64,000 bases of DNA from Callorhinchus milii. Taxonomy: Eukaryota. Location of the stretch: assembly GCF_018977255.1 (NCBI RefSeq), contig NW_024704742.1, positions 11,782,001 through 11,846,000 of the forward strand, in the 5' to 3' direction. A program made the position numbers and the translations under genes. Below are positions 23,984-37,544 of this stretch, one piece after another (within the stretch, counting starts at the first letter, position 1; every line of letters starts with the position of its first letter). The notes under the pieces were generated by a model. That model was not told the origin of the DNA, made no database searches, and worked only from the letters and a program-made list of their open reading frames with translations.

Positions 23984-23999
23984 TTTCACCTAGCAAATT

Positions 24000-25630
24000 C
24001 TTATGTTCTTATGCTCCGTCCCGCTACCCATCAAAACCATTGTCATCAGTCCCCTCCTCAAAGAAAAATACTCTTGTGCGCTATTGGCTGCCGTGTTTTG
24101 CCCACAAAATGTAGTCAATTCACTTTACAGTATATTCTATGAAGCACTTGGACATGTCTCAAAGACGTGATAAGGCACTATATCAAATGCAAGGATTATT
24201 ATTATTACTTAACCTTCTAACTTTGCAAACTACCAGCCTATTTAAAACTTGCCCTTCATTTCTCAAGTCTTGGAAAGCGTTGATTCCCAACAACTTCGCT
24301 CACAACTCCCTCACTACTCCGTACTTGAGCCCCTCCGGTCCAATTAGCATCCTGCCAAAAACATTGAGACAGCACTCAGCAAAGTCACAAATGCCATTCT
24401 CATTCTCTGTGACCACGGCTCCCTCCGCATCCTTGCCCTGCTGGGTAAGTGCTCTGGGATGCTACCCTGCATGAGGGGCACTTTATAAATGCAAGTTGTT
24501 TTTGTTATTGTTGGACTTCTGCTGCCTTTTACACAGTCGATCGTGCCATCCTCCTTGACTACCTCTCCTCCCTCATCCAGGTGGTCAGTAGGATTGCACT
24601 CTCCTGGTTCAAGTCCTACCTTACCCACTGCCATGGTTTATCCTCCCACCCCTGCTGGATCACCTGTGGCATACATCAAGGCTCTATCCTTGGCCCCCTT
24701 CTGTTCCTCATCTAATACACTCCCTCTCAGTTTATGTCATCCACAGACCTGCAGTCAACTTACACATGTTTGCAGATGACACCCAAATCTACTTCTCCTC
24801 CAGCTGCAACTCCCAGGTCTACTTGCTGCAGCTGAATGTTGGCAAAATAGAAGCCGTACTCCTTGGCTTCTGTCAACGTCTTCTTACCTGCAGCTCCAAC
24901 CTCCTTAGCTTCCCCAGCTTATCCCTTTGATTTATTGAAACCGTGCATAACCTAAGCATCAGGTTTGATCTCCAGCTGTCCTTCCTAACCCATATCTGGT
25001 CCCTAATAGGTCCACTCTCCTCCACCTTCAATGCATTGCTCACCTCCTACCATACATCACATCCAAGGCAGCCAAAAAATGTATCCACACATATGTCACC
25101 TCTCATTTCAATTTTTCCTTCATTGCTGGTCTCCCAAGCTTTACCATACCTAAAATCAAATTAATTCAAAATTCCATTACCTGTAGCATCACTGCTTTAC
25201 CCCCACCACCCCAGTCCTTGACAGGCTCCATTGGCTCCCTATTGCAAAATGGATTGATTATAAGATTTTCACATACTTCATGACTTGGTACCTCCCTACC
25301 CCCCTACCTCCCTACCTCTCTGACCTGCTTACACCTCACTCCCCTACATATTGCCTTCACTCAGTTGACTCCAGTCTCCTGCACATCTTTTGTCCCAACC
25401 ATTCCATCAATGGTAACCGTGCTTTCAACCACTACACCTAAAAACAATGGAACTCTGCTCAATTGCTCCGTCTTGTCTCTTCCTTGTCTGTTTTCAGATG
25501 ACATCCGAAGACCTTCCTCTTTGACTGTTTCTATGGTCACGTCCCCCTCTCCCTGGCTCAGTGGCAGGCTCCACCACTGTTAATTGATTCAAGATGCTAC
25601 CACATGTGTAGGGCACTGTATAAATGTTAC
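24000..25630 (+). mobile_element. Old decayed L2 with a nested SINE 3' part (about 24075-24207) and a nested L2 tail (about 24440-24510)
   Basis: SAAFYTVDRAILL, SWFKSYL, CGIHQGSILGPLLFL, FADD (about 24769), CATTGGCTCCC. Confidence 0.75.
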
Positions 25631-25667
25631 ATAAATGTTGCTGGTATTGGTGACGATTTTCTTAAAA

Positions 25668-26140
25668 AATAATAATAATCCTTGCATTTGATATAGCGCT
25701 TTTCACGTCTTCTAGACGTCTCAAAGCGCTTCACACAACACACTGTAAAGTGAATTGACTGTATATTTGTGGGCGAAACACAGCAGCCAATTGCGCACAG
25801 CAGTGTCCCACAAACAGTCGTAGATTGAAAATGACCAATTTATTATTGTTTTGTTTTTGGAGGGATTATTATTAGTTGTGTGGAGTAAGGAAACTTGCCG
25901 AAGGTTTTGCCCTGCCTGGAATTGAACTCAGGTCTCGCGCTTGCAAAGCGAGTGCTCTAACCACTGAGCTACAGGACTCCACGATATAGCGCCTCATCAC
26001 GTCTTCGAGACATCTCAAAGCGCTTCACAGAATATACTGTAAAGTGAATTGACCATATATTTGGTGGGCAAAACGCAGCAACCAATTGCTCACAACAGTG
26101 TCCCACAACCAGCCGTGGATTGAGTGACCAAATTATTATT
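25668..26140 (-). mobile_element. Two tandem SINEs: full copy 25668-25980 and 3' part 25983-26140
   Basis: A second SINE tail begins immediately after the head of the first. Confidence 0.9.
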
Positions 26141-26927
26141 TAACATGAGCCAACTACCCATGAGGTATGGTCTCTGTAAGTAATGTGATCAAAAAATAGA
26201 TTGTTGTCTCCTAGCAATTGATGCTACTGTTTCATTCTTCTAATATAATATCCATTTTCATAATGCTCGACAGTCTTTCAGAATCAAACCTATTTCCTTC
26301 TCCCTTAAAAATCATGTGTTTTAAGTTTCAATTTTTGATTCTGCTTTTCTTTATTTATTCAGTCAATGTGGCCTATGTTTGTGTCTTATCCTCTGCTTCT
26401 GCGCAGAATATATCTCAATTGAATCTCCACAAAGGTCTCTCTCAAAACAAGTCATTTCTCTCCAGTTGTTCTATCTTCTAATACAATCTCCCTTTTTTTT
26501 AATCTTTCCTAGTTCCTCTCATATACTGGTTCTGAAATTTTCTCTGCAGAATCCTGCAATTCCTGTTCAGCTGTGCTGGTCTTTAACCTTCATCAATATG
26601 TCAAATCTAATAACTTTATCATTACTTGTGCGGAAATGTTCACCCACTTCTAAGTTACTGATAATTAATAATTTACTGTTAGACATTAAGCATTGTATCT
26701 GTGCCGCTGCAGTGACATATAGCAAAATAGTCTTTGACTATCTCAATAAATGTACTGCATTTCCTAACCTAGGATTGACCTCTATGCTTTATTACTGATG
26801 ACCTTATTTGACAAAAAAAAGTTTTAGGCCAATCTAATCATGTTGGTACCTGTAGGAGTTACATCCTATATTTCACCCCCCCATCAATCCAATTTGTTCT
26901 GCTTTTTCCACCACTGCAGTACTGAGG

Positions 26928-27178
26928 TAATAATAATAATAATCCTTGCATTTGATATAGCGCTTTTCACGTCTTCTCGACGTCTCAAAGCGCTTCACAG
27001 AATATGCTGTAAAGTAAATTGACTGTATATTTGTGGGCAAAACGCGGCAGCCAATTGTGCACAGCAGTGTCCGACAAACAGTCATGGATTGAAAATGATC
27101 AACTTATTATTGTTTTGTTTTGGAGGGATCATTATTAGGCGTGTGGAGTAAGGAAACTTGCCCAAGGTTTCGCCCTGC
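26928..27178 (-). mobile_element. SINE, short-body form, head truncated; an older Deu-SINE piece adjoins at about 27180-27420
   Basis: Matches the consensus. The adjacent GCACTGCATTGTCAGGAGG..CTGCCTGTTCAAGTGG is Deu-like. Confidence 0.85.
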
Positions 27179-29079
27179 TGGGGTAGCACTGCATTGTCAG
27201 GAGGTAGTATCTGCCTGTTCAAGTGGCCATTAAAGATCTCACCACACTACTCAAAATAAGCTGGGAGTTTCTTGCGGTGCCTTTGCCAACAATCTAACAG
27301 ATAAATTGATCATTCACATCATGACTGTTCCCAGGGCCTAGCTGTGTGAAAAATGACTACTGAATTTGTGTACAAAAGAAAAGGACAGTTGACAGTAATT
27401 ACTGTGATAATCTTCGAGACACTTCGAGACACATTGCAGAAAAAACACTTATTTATTTTTGTCGTCCAGAATTCTAGCAAGACCGATCTAGATATTTCAC
27501 CATGGGAAGAAAGAACTGCATTTTAGTCTCCCTGACCAATATTGCTATTCTTCTTGTTTTCCAAATGTTTTTTTCTAAAGATTCTAACACCAGCTCCATT
27601 TGCACTGGTCAAAGGGGACTGTCACTCTTTGGTGAGCACTTGCATGTCAATGACATCTTTCTATCTGACGTCCAATTAGTGGGCTGTTGCCAGAGCTGGG
27701 ATTCATCCTCATTCGCTTGCCTGCTGTGCTGCCAAAGGAAAGAAAACACAAACTATTGATCCCATTGTCTTTGGCAGCTTCCTGTGGGTTACTGCCTTTG
27801 CTTGATAATTGCTGACAGCACAAGCTGACCATGTGGGGAATCTACTGCTTGAATGTCAGGAAATTAGGTCACTTAAACCATGTAAATTAATCTGTTTTAT
27901 GACACTGAAGTAGCAAACATGAGGAAACAGTGGCTGCAAGAATCTGAATGCAGATTATGCTCTCAGTAAATCTGAAATACCTTCTTCGGGCCATTAAAAA
28001 AGTTTCAAAAATGGCAACCAACAGAGTTCCAGTGAAAGATCTTGGAATCATTACTGCAGAAGAGTTATAAAGTTACATATTTTGCTTGTGATAAAAAAAG
28101 CTGTAAGAAAACATTCTAGTAATCTTGAATGTATTGTTCAGTTGAAGTCCTCACAGAATGGAACTCAGAGAGGGTCAGAAAAGTAGTATTGGAAGCAGAA
28201 TCAATAATAACTTTCAAAAGGGAATTGGATATTTACTTGAAAAGAAAACAGTTGCAGGGGAATGGGTCTAATTGGATAGCTTTTTCAATTTACTGTCTGG
28301 TGAAGAAGAAACTGGGATTTACTCACTACCTTTATGTGAAGTACTTTGAGATGTCTCAAAGAAGTGATAAAGTGCTATATCAAATGTAAGGATTACTCAT
28401 CAGAGAAATACATCCATTGATCCAACAAGCTTTTTTTTGCAGTACAGTCAGCATCAGGAATTGTAGTGAGTTCAATTTTGTTAATATGTGTTCCCGGATT
28501 TGGTGCACCCAAATGCTCACACTATTGTGGAAGAATATAAGATATTAAATGGGATAGTGAAAGTAAACTCTGAACAACACATTCAGATACTCCGAATTAG
28601 CAGAACAATCGGCCACGGGTTTAAGGTTATTTTTAGTTCAGGGTTTTATCCTTAACGATTTTTTCTTCCAACCTGATGTTATTTGTGGTGATACAATGAC
28701 CTCAGAATTACTGGATTAGCGGGGGGAGGAAAACAATAAGACAGACTGCTTTCTGTTGATCTTTATCCAGTAACCTCTTGCTAGAACGTGCAGGTATTTA
28801 GTTGTTGGTTGAGTGTAGTGCTTAGCCAGGAAGACTAACGCTGACACTCGCAATCTATAGCCTCAGCCACGAACAATGACCCTTGGGCAAAGCCCTGGAA
28901 AATTGCCAATACATGTGGAACTGTATCGAACCAGGGAGAGAACCAGGATATAATCAAGATTTCTGAAAATCACATTCATAGATTTGAACATTCGGTTAAC
29001 AACAATAATCAATATATCTTGTGAATACTGTCTTTGTGATTCCATTATTGTCACAAGAATAAAAAATGTAACCAGAGTG

Positions 29080-29776
29080 TAATAATAATAATAATTCTTG
29101 CATTTGATATAGCGCTTTTCACATCTTCTAGACAACTCAAAGCGCTTCACGGAATATGCTGTAAAGTGGATTGACTGTATATTTGTGAGCAAAATGGAGC
29201 ACCCAATTGCGCACAGCAGTGTCCCAAAAACAGTCGTGGATTGAAATGACCAATTTATTATTTTTTTTCTTCAGGGCTTTTTACAAATGCATCTGTAGAC
29301 ATTCCTGGTATGTTAATGAATTGTAACCTGCAGTTAATGAGTATTAGGACACTGAATTGTGTGGTTTAATACTTGCATTTTCAAGTCACAACATGTTAAA
29401 GCAGTTGAAAACTGAAAGAAATGCATAATATAAAGAGCATAATAGAATTGTGTGAAAAATTAGGTAACCTCAGGCAAGTTTCCTTATTCCACATGCACAC
29501 CTCTGTTTGCCAAGCAGTAAGTAGTAACCCGGTTGTTAGTTGATTGGCAAATCGCTTTTCCAGGTATAATAATCCCTTCAAAAAATATATTAATAATAAT
29601 AATAATTTGGTCACTCAACTCCGCAACTGTTTGTGGGACACTGCTGTGTAGTATTGGCTGCCACATTTCACCCACAAAATATACAGTCAATTCTACTTAA
29701 TATATTCTGTGAAGCGCGTTGAAATGTCTCGAAGACGTGATAAGGCGCTATATAAGATGCAAGAATTATTATTATC
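29080..29776. mobile_element. Two divergent partial SINEs (29080-29265 minus; 29465-29776 plus)
   Basis: Both match the consensus. Confidence 0.85.
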
Positions 29777-31675
29777 ATTTTCTCCCTTTTCAGTTCTTGA
29801 TGTCATTTAAAAAGCATTGGGGAAAAAAAAATCGCATGGTAAAAGTTCACACTGTTTCATCTTCCACCCAGTGTTCAGCTAGAACCACTGCTTTGATGAG
29901 AATACTGCCAGAATAACAAAGCACAAACCGATTTCTCCTGCTCTCAGCTACCTCTTCCAAATGATCCGATTCCTTTGTAAGAATGGAAGCTACTGTTCTG
30001 ATCAGACTCAAGAAACCTCACATTCAGAAGAGTGTTAGATATAAATTGTCTTATCAAGGGCAGGAAGAACAGTTCAAGGAGAGAATTATTCTCATTAATT
30101 TCTCAGAGGAATTAACCAATTTTCTATTTGATGATGAAATCAGCATACTGAAGTGAAGATAGAACCTGTAGATAATGGAAGATATACTCTGAGCTATGTG
30201 TGGTTGTGGAAGAATAAACTCAAACCTGCTGTGCTCGCCTTTGCTGAGTCTCTTTCAAAAGGCCAAATAACTGTTGCACAAACATGTTTCTGAGTTATTT
30301 TTTAAAAAATCATTAAAAACTCATATTTCATGCATGAATTCACAACAGTTTTCAATCAAACATTGCTAAATGTAATCCACATGTTTCCATTTTATGAAAT
30401 CCTATTGTAATTGATGAAAGTGAACCCCAGGCATTTCCTGCTGGAGGGAAATTGATGTCTCAAACAACGCTCAAAAATTATTTTGCAAGGGGGCCACATC
30501 GTGCGACCAAACATGCAGAGCACTGCAAGATGTGCAGAAAAAAACAAAAACCCTTTGAGTGGTTTCATTAGGGTAAAAGGCATCTCCAAATGCCAACCAG
30601 ACAGTCAACTGAAGTATTCAAGGAAGAGTTAGATACATAGATCATTCCTTGTAAGAATAAAAATAATTTGGCCACTCAGTCTACGACTGTTTGTGGGTGA
30701 CTGCCGTGCACATTTGGCTGCTGTGATTTGCTCACAAAATATACAGGCAATTCACTTTATAGTATATTCTGTGAAGCGCTTTGAGAAGATGTAATATCAA
30801 ATGGAAGTATTATTATTATTATGATGGATATTTAGGGGTGTTATGAAAGGGTGGGGAAATGGAATTGAAGATAGAGACTATTAGAGAAGGCTCAACAGGT
30901 AAGGTGGCTTACTCCAGTTTCTTATATTAATTCCAGGTTAATCTAGCTTGGGTGTCCAGTCAACAGGTTAAGCATTTTGAGACATCCTCCTGATGTGAAA
31001 GTCACAATATGAATGTAAACTGTATTGTATTAATCAAAGACAGTAAAAGCTATACTGTTACACCCGATGACCTGTGTGGCCAACCACAACAGAATCTGTA
31101 GGAACATTGACTCTTAGATGTCCATTGGGTTTAGAGAATTAGTTTTGTGATCGAACATGTTCTGTCCCTGAAGAGGGGAGAACATAAGTGTTTTTATTGA
31201 TAAAACAGGCTATACCAGAGTGGGCCAATCAGTGTAACATTATCTTTTCGCTGGAGAGTGTTTGTTTTTCATTCCTTCTCTGCAGATCATCTATGGGGTT
31301 AATTATTCAAACTAAACAAATGCTTGCTTTCAATGTAGAAAAATAAAGTGTTGGATACTGGGATCGTAAAAGGAATGAATCACTTACCAGGAGAACAGTG
31401 ATAAATCACTTACCAGGAGAACAGTGCTGCCGCCTAGTGAATGATAGTTAAGACTGGCAACAGTTAGGAGCATTCTAAACCTTACCCATTATTCAGTTTA
31501 AACTTTCATTCTTATCTTTACATTACATTTTTTTTACTGATCTTTATATTTATATTTCTGCTTCAAAATAACTATTCTAGTGGGAAAGACAGATATTCAC
31601 AAATGTCTCGGCTGGTGCACAAACTCCAGACTGTACATATAGTACCCATATGCTCTACATACATCGGTACATATT

Positions 31676-31988
31676 ATAATAATAATAATCCTTGCATTTG
31701 ATATAGCGTTTTTCACGTCTTCTCGATGTCTCAAAGCACTTCACAGAATAGACTGTAAAGTAAATTGACCGCATATTTGTGGGCGAAACGCGGCAGCCAA
31801 TTGCGCACAGCAGTGTTCCACAAACAGTCATGGATTGAAATGACCAATTTATTATCGTTTTGTTTTGGAGGGATTATTATTAGGCGTGTGGAGTAAGGAA
31901 ACTTGCCCAAGGTTTCGCCCTGCATGGAATTGAATCCAGGTGCCTCGCTTGCAAGGCGAGTGCTCTAAACACTGAGCTACAGGACTCC
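31676..31988 (-). mobile_element. SINE, short-body form, full length
   Basis: Head ends at GGACTCC (31988). Confidence 0.95.
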
Positions 31989-32001
31989 ACTATTGCCAAG
32001 T

Positions 32002-32355
32002 GGAGTCCTGTAGCTTAGAGTTTAGAGCACTCACTTCGCAAGCGAGAGGACCTGGGTTCGATTCCTGGCAGGGCGAAACATTGGGCAAGTTTCCTCACTG
32101 TTTACCTAGCAGTAAGTAGGAACACAACTGTTAGTCGATTGGCAGATTGCTCTTCGGGGGGGTAATAATCCCTTAGAAATAAATAAATTGGTCACTCAAT
32201 CCACGACTGTGGGTCACTGGTGTCCTCAATTGGCTGCTATGTTTCGCCCACAAAATGTACAGTTAATTCACTTTACAGTATATTCTGTGAAATGCTTTCA
32301 GATGTCTCGAAGAGGTGATAAGGTGCTTTATCAAATGCAACAATTATTATTATTG
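32002..32355 (+). mobile_element. SINE, long-body form, full length
   Basis: Starts GGAGTCCTGTAGC at 32002; ATT tail. Confidence 0.9.
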
Positions 32356-33494
32356 TTGTACACAAACAGCATGTTTTGCACATACTATACACAAACAGCA
32401 CAGTCTATACGCACCGTAGGGAAAAAGCCACAAACAGCATGGTATATACTTACTGTACTCCACCCAAGGCAAGGTCTGTACACACTGTAATCGCACCATG
32501 CATTTAAACTACACAAACAGCCAACTAGAGTACTATATGTAAAGATAACTAAAGATAACTTCATGTTTTCCCTCATTAGAATGACATCAGAGAGCATTGC
32601 CTTGACCACTGAAAATGCAAATCTAATAACCATGTATTCCCTTTCGCTTCCAGACATGTATTGTTACCAATGTGGTAAATGATGCTGGCGGGGAAACTAG
32701 AAAATTGCAATTGCCCACTGGCCTGGGGAATAAGACTTCACAGCTTCGGGAACCTTAAAAACAAGGCTTGCAATTAACACCAGTCAATTCTTCATTCTTT
32801 CTTGCTACATCCCATCCGTTGTTTCCTGTCCTCCAGGACGCTACCCCGCGTGAAGGGCGCTTTATAAATGCAAGTTGTTGTTGTCCTACTAACCAGCTCT
32901 CCAAGGATAGAAGGTTTCATTTAATCCTCAGTAGAATTCAGTTATTTGGGTTATTTAGGATCAAGTAGCAACTTATGATGAGGAAAGTATCAATTTAGTC
33001 CTATTCAGTTTTCAGCAGACCACTCCATAAAGTGTTAATTAGCTTCTAAACTATATATTAGTATTCTTGGAAACATTGCATTTAACACTATATAATAACA
33101 TATTTTTGATTAAAATCCAGATGTTTAATATAACATCTATATTTTTAATACGAGTTCTGAGGAATTTGTTTATTTTTAATAATACATTGGCTACAGAGGG
33201 GTTTGACTAAATTTAAAGTCTGTTTTAATTTTAGACAACATGCTTAGTTTCTAACACTGTTACAATTACTCATTTGTTTTACAAAATCATAATTAATATT
33301 TTAATTACATTAATAGAAGGAACGCATTCTTTCTTGGTTTACTAAGATACTTTAGTGAGAATTTGGATTCTGGTTGTCTTCTACATTTGTGATGAAAGAA
33401 TGTATGGTTATGCATGTTAGATTTGGTATAGATGCATGTATAGATGGTTAGAAACATTACATTATTGTACAGCTGTTGCTTTCAAAATATTACA

Positions 33495-34322
33495 ACAACA
33501 AGATTACATTTGTATAGCGCCTTTCATGTTGGGAGGACGTCCCAAGGCGCTGCACAGTGTACAGCATTTCAGACCCGAGCTGGGGTCAGGAAGGGAGAAG
33601 GGAGGGGAGGGAAGGGGGGTGGCCAATGGCATGGTCGAAGAGGAGGGTCTTGAGGGAGGCTAAGGAGGGTGCAGGCAGAGTGATTGGGGGATGGAATTCC
33701 AGAGGTTGGGGGCACAGTGGCTGAAGGCTGGTGGGGCGGGTGGGTTGGGGGACGTGGAGCAGGCCGGAGCCGGCTGAGCGGAGGGAGCAGGCGGGTTGGT
33801 AGGGGGTTAGGCAGTCGCAGAGATAGGGTGGGGCGAGGCCATGGAGGGCTTTGTAGGTGAGGACCAGGATCTTGAACTGGATCCTCAGAAGGATAGGGAG
33901 CCAATGGAGTCGGGCGAGAGTGGGGGAGATGGGGTCACGGAGTTTGGTGCGGGAGAGGACACGGGCTGCAGAGTTCTGGATTATCTGTAGCCTGTGGAGG
34001 GAGGAGTTGGGAAGGCTGACAAGCAGGGCGTTTGCATGGTCGAGCCTGGAGGCGATGAAGGCATGAACAAGAGTTTCAGCGGCCTGAGGGGTGAGGTAGT
34101 GGTGGAGTCGGGCGATGTTACGTAGGTGAGGGAAGGCAGAGCAGGTCATGGCTTGGATGTGGGGAAGGAAAAGACAGTTAAGGGTCGAACAAGACACCTA
34201 GGTTCCTGACTGGCTTGGTGAGTTGTAGTGAGCAACCATGGAGGTTGATGCTGCCAGAGCCTGAGGTGCATAGGCGCTGGCGCGAGCCAATCTGGAGGGC
34301 CTCAGTCTTGTTCACATTCAAC
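33495..34322 (-). mobile_element. L2 LINE, 5'-truncated; continues at about 35153-35200 beyond a nested CR1
   Basis: ORF 33586-34197: [31 protein letters not shown]. Confidence 0.9.
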
Positions 34323-34324
34323 CA

Positions 34325-35152
34325 TAGGAGGCAAATGAGTTTCAATGTAGAGAAATGCAAAGTAATGCATTATGGTAGAAAGAATGAGGGGAGGCAAATA
34401 GGCTGGTAATACAGTCTTAAGGGGGGTAAAAGAGCAGAGTGACCTGGGGGTGCAGGTAAATGAATCCTTGAAGGTGGCAGGACAGGTAGATAAGGCTGTA
34501 AAAAGGGCATATGGGATACTAGGCTTTATAAATAGGGAGACAGAGTACAAGAGTCAGGAGGTTATGATTAACCTATGTAAAGCACTGGTTAGGCCTCAGT
34601 TAGAATACTGCGCCCAGTTCTGGGCACCACACTATAGGAAGGATGTTAAGGCATTGGAAAGGGTGCAGAGGAGATTTACGAGGATGGTACCAGGAATGAG
34701 GGACCTTGATTATGAGGAAAGGCTTGAGAGGTGAGGATTATTCTCATTGGAGTAGAGAAGGTTATGAGGAGAGCTAATAGAGGTCTTCAAAATCATGAGG
34801 GGATTTGATAGGTTGGAAAGCGAAAAACTGTTTCCACTGGTGGGAGTGTCGGTGACGCGAGGTCACAGACTTAAAATAGTCTCTAAAAGAAGCAGAAGGG
34901 AGGTGAGAAGACATTTTTTCAAGCAGTGAGTTGTTTGAATCTGGAATGCATTGCCTGAAAGGGTGGTCGAGGCCGATTCGATAACTACTTTTAAAAACAT
35001 GGTGGATGGGTATTTGAGGAGGATGGGTTTGCAGGGTTATGGGGAAAGGGCTGGGAAGTGGGATTGACATTAATTGCTCTATTCAAAGAGCCGGCACAGA
35101 TTTGATGGGCCGAATGGCCTCTTTTTGTTCTGTACAATTCCATGATTCTATG
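34325..35152 (+). mobile_element. CR1 LINE, 5'-truncated
   Basis: QMSFNVEKCKVMH, LVRPQLEYCAQFWAPHYRKD, ERVQRRFTRM; tail ATTCCATGATTCTATGA. Confidence 0.95.
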
Positions 35153-36472
35153 ATCCAGGACTTGATGTCCGACAGGCAGTCTGTCAGGACAGTAGTGGTC
35201 CTATTGTGCATTCCTCTTCTTTCCTGCGTTAGCCATTATTTTCCACAGTAGGAATAAGTTTGACCAGTACTGATTTATAATGTTGAGATGCCGCAAAACA
35301 CTTTGCAGTAATTGCTGTTAAGTATTGTGACATCGCAGATGTGAATGATCAATTTGGCAGGAAGATGGCTTGTCAAGTCACTGCATGAAGCTCCTTTTTT
35401 TCTTTGAATTCATGTTCATTAACGTTTTTTAACGAAACATACTTTAAGCCTTACTTTAACCAAAAAAGCAGATGGGACATTAGTTTAATGTTTCTTCATT
35501 AATGTGAATGTTTCTGGAAGCACTGCAACTTTTCCTATGCAACATTGCCCCAGGACTGAACCACAGTATCAGCCTGGACTGTGAGTTTATAGCTGATGAT
35601 GGAGCGTATTGCATAACAGGGCCATTCAAAGACCCAATGACTATTGGAATAGCAAATGTGAACATAATGCTTGACAGCATGTTTAGCTCTAATGTTGATT
35701 GTATTGTCTTATTAAAAAGTGACAATAGTCAGTTTTCTGTGCTGTGATCAACACTACGTAGTGGTGTTAAGCATCACACAACAGTTACATGTCAGCTGCC
35801 TTGAAAAGCATTTCAGCATTGCAGCGTTTTTGCCATGATAATAATAATCCTTGCATTTAATATAGTGCCTTATCATGATGAATGAAAAGAGCACCTTCAC
35901 AAAGGATGAACAGGTATCAAATTAGTTTCCTAAATTGGGCTGACACTCAGCATTTTCATAGTTTTAGATTTACTGACCAGAAATTAAAACCAGGATTTGC
36001 AGTGTCATATTTGCCAAAAATGACACTGCTGTACACCACTAGCTGCCGCGTTTCTCCTGAAAAAATATACAGTCAAATCCCTTACAGTATATTCCTTGAA
36101 GAGCTTTGAGATGTCTTGAAGACGTGATAAGGCACTATATCAAATGCAAGGATTATTATTATTTAGCGCACTCCTCCTGTGCCTCGGGAACCTTTCAGAA
36201 CTTCAGTGAGTTCATTCCTGGGCAAATACCAGTCTTCAAATGCACCATCATTGGCACTGCAGCTCTGCTCGGTTCAGAAGGTTGTCTTTCACGTCTGTTC
36301 CTTCACAAAGCAGCAGACAACCAAACATGAGTCCTCTGCTATTTATAGCTCATCTTATTTCCTTGGCATTCCTGGGCAATTGAAACACGAATTCGCCCAA
36401 AATACTAAAAAAACGTCAAGGAGGGAATCCATATTAGCTTTCTAGAATAGATGTCTAAAACTTGTAGGGGTA

Positions 36473-36805
36473 AATAATAATAATAATCGTTGCATTTGAT
36501 TTATCAAATTTTATAAAATATTTTTATATTTGCCTTATCACGTTTCCGAGACTTCTCAAAGCGCTTCACAGATATACTGTAAAGTGACTGCATAATTTGT
36601 GGGTGAACTGCGGCTGACAATTGCGCACAGCAGTGTCCCACAAACAGTCGTGGATTAAGTGCCACATTTTTTAAAAAAATTATTACCCCTGGAAAAGCGA
36701 TCCGCCAAACAACTAACAACTGAGTTCCTACTTACTGCTAGGTAAACAGAGGGGTGTGGAATAAGGAAACTTGCCCAACGTTTTGCCCTGCTGGGAATTG
36801 AATCT
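36473..36805 (-). mobile_element. SINE, long-body form
   Basis: Matches the consensus, with an AT-rich insertion in the tail. Confidence 0.85.
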
Positions 36806-37039
36806 GGTAAAAAGGTAAATTTGATTTAATGATTGGATTGCTCTTTTCAAAGTTCCAGAATCCTTATCATAAAATAATAATAATAAAATAATAACAATCC
36901 TTGCATTTGTTATAGAGCATTAACAAGTCTTCAAGACTTTTATTACTTTCATTATTATTTTTATTAGCTTTTAAGAAGGAATGAGCTAGATAACTGAAAA
37001 GGAGGAAATAGGGTCTGGAGCAAATACCTCATTGGTTTA

Positions 37040-37365
37040 CTGTTAGTAGCTGCTCAGGGCTTCACTCCAAGTCTGTCAGGCTGCTAGCCCAGTGTATGTC
37101 ACACTATTCCATTATTAGGAGTGCAAACCTGTCTTCAATTGATGGCCAACTGATGCAGGCTTTCCAGCTGGAGTCACAGGATAGGAATCAAGAATCAGAA
37201 TAATATTCACCTCCTTCACTCCAGAGCAATGGAGCCAATTGTAGCCTCCATCAAACTCCCCAGATAAAATCAGCTAACAGACCAGGGATCTGACCTAGAA
37301 ATCTTCTCATTTGCAAGACTTGCCACCATTCCATATGGTGCATTTGCTCACTTAGCCACCAGGGA
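37040..37365 (-). mobile_element. LF-SINE-like element
   Basis: Reverse complement GGTGGCTAAGTGAGCAAATGCACC..GATCCCTGGTCTGTTAGCTGAT..GGCTACAATTGGC..ATCCTGTGACTCCAGCTGGAAAG resembles the recalled LF-SINE consensus. Confidence 0.7.
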
Positions 37366-37544
37366 ACCTGTGGGATTTTGACTTAAATCAGTAGGTCTGA
37401 AACCAGTTTTATCAGCTGTATTATTGTTTCATTTTAACAGAGAACTGCACCAATCTGCACCCTGATCCTCATTCAGTCTAACTGCATTCATTTAGAATTC
37501 TGCTGGTGGACAGATTTTTTTTTGCTCTTCCAATTTTCTCCCCT

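Noticed and set aside
32355..32440. Spaced CACAAACAGCA repeats resembling a CRISPR array
   Set aside because: Only three or four short degenerate units in eukaryotic DNA, with no cas genes. It is a decayed minisatellite.
35743..35778. Small hairpin (TGTGAT-AACAC..GTGTT-ATCACA) as a miRNA
   Set aside because: Too short and imperfect for a pre-miRNA.
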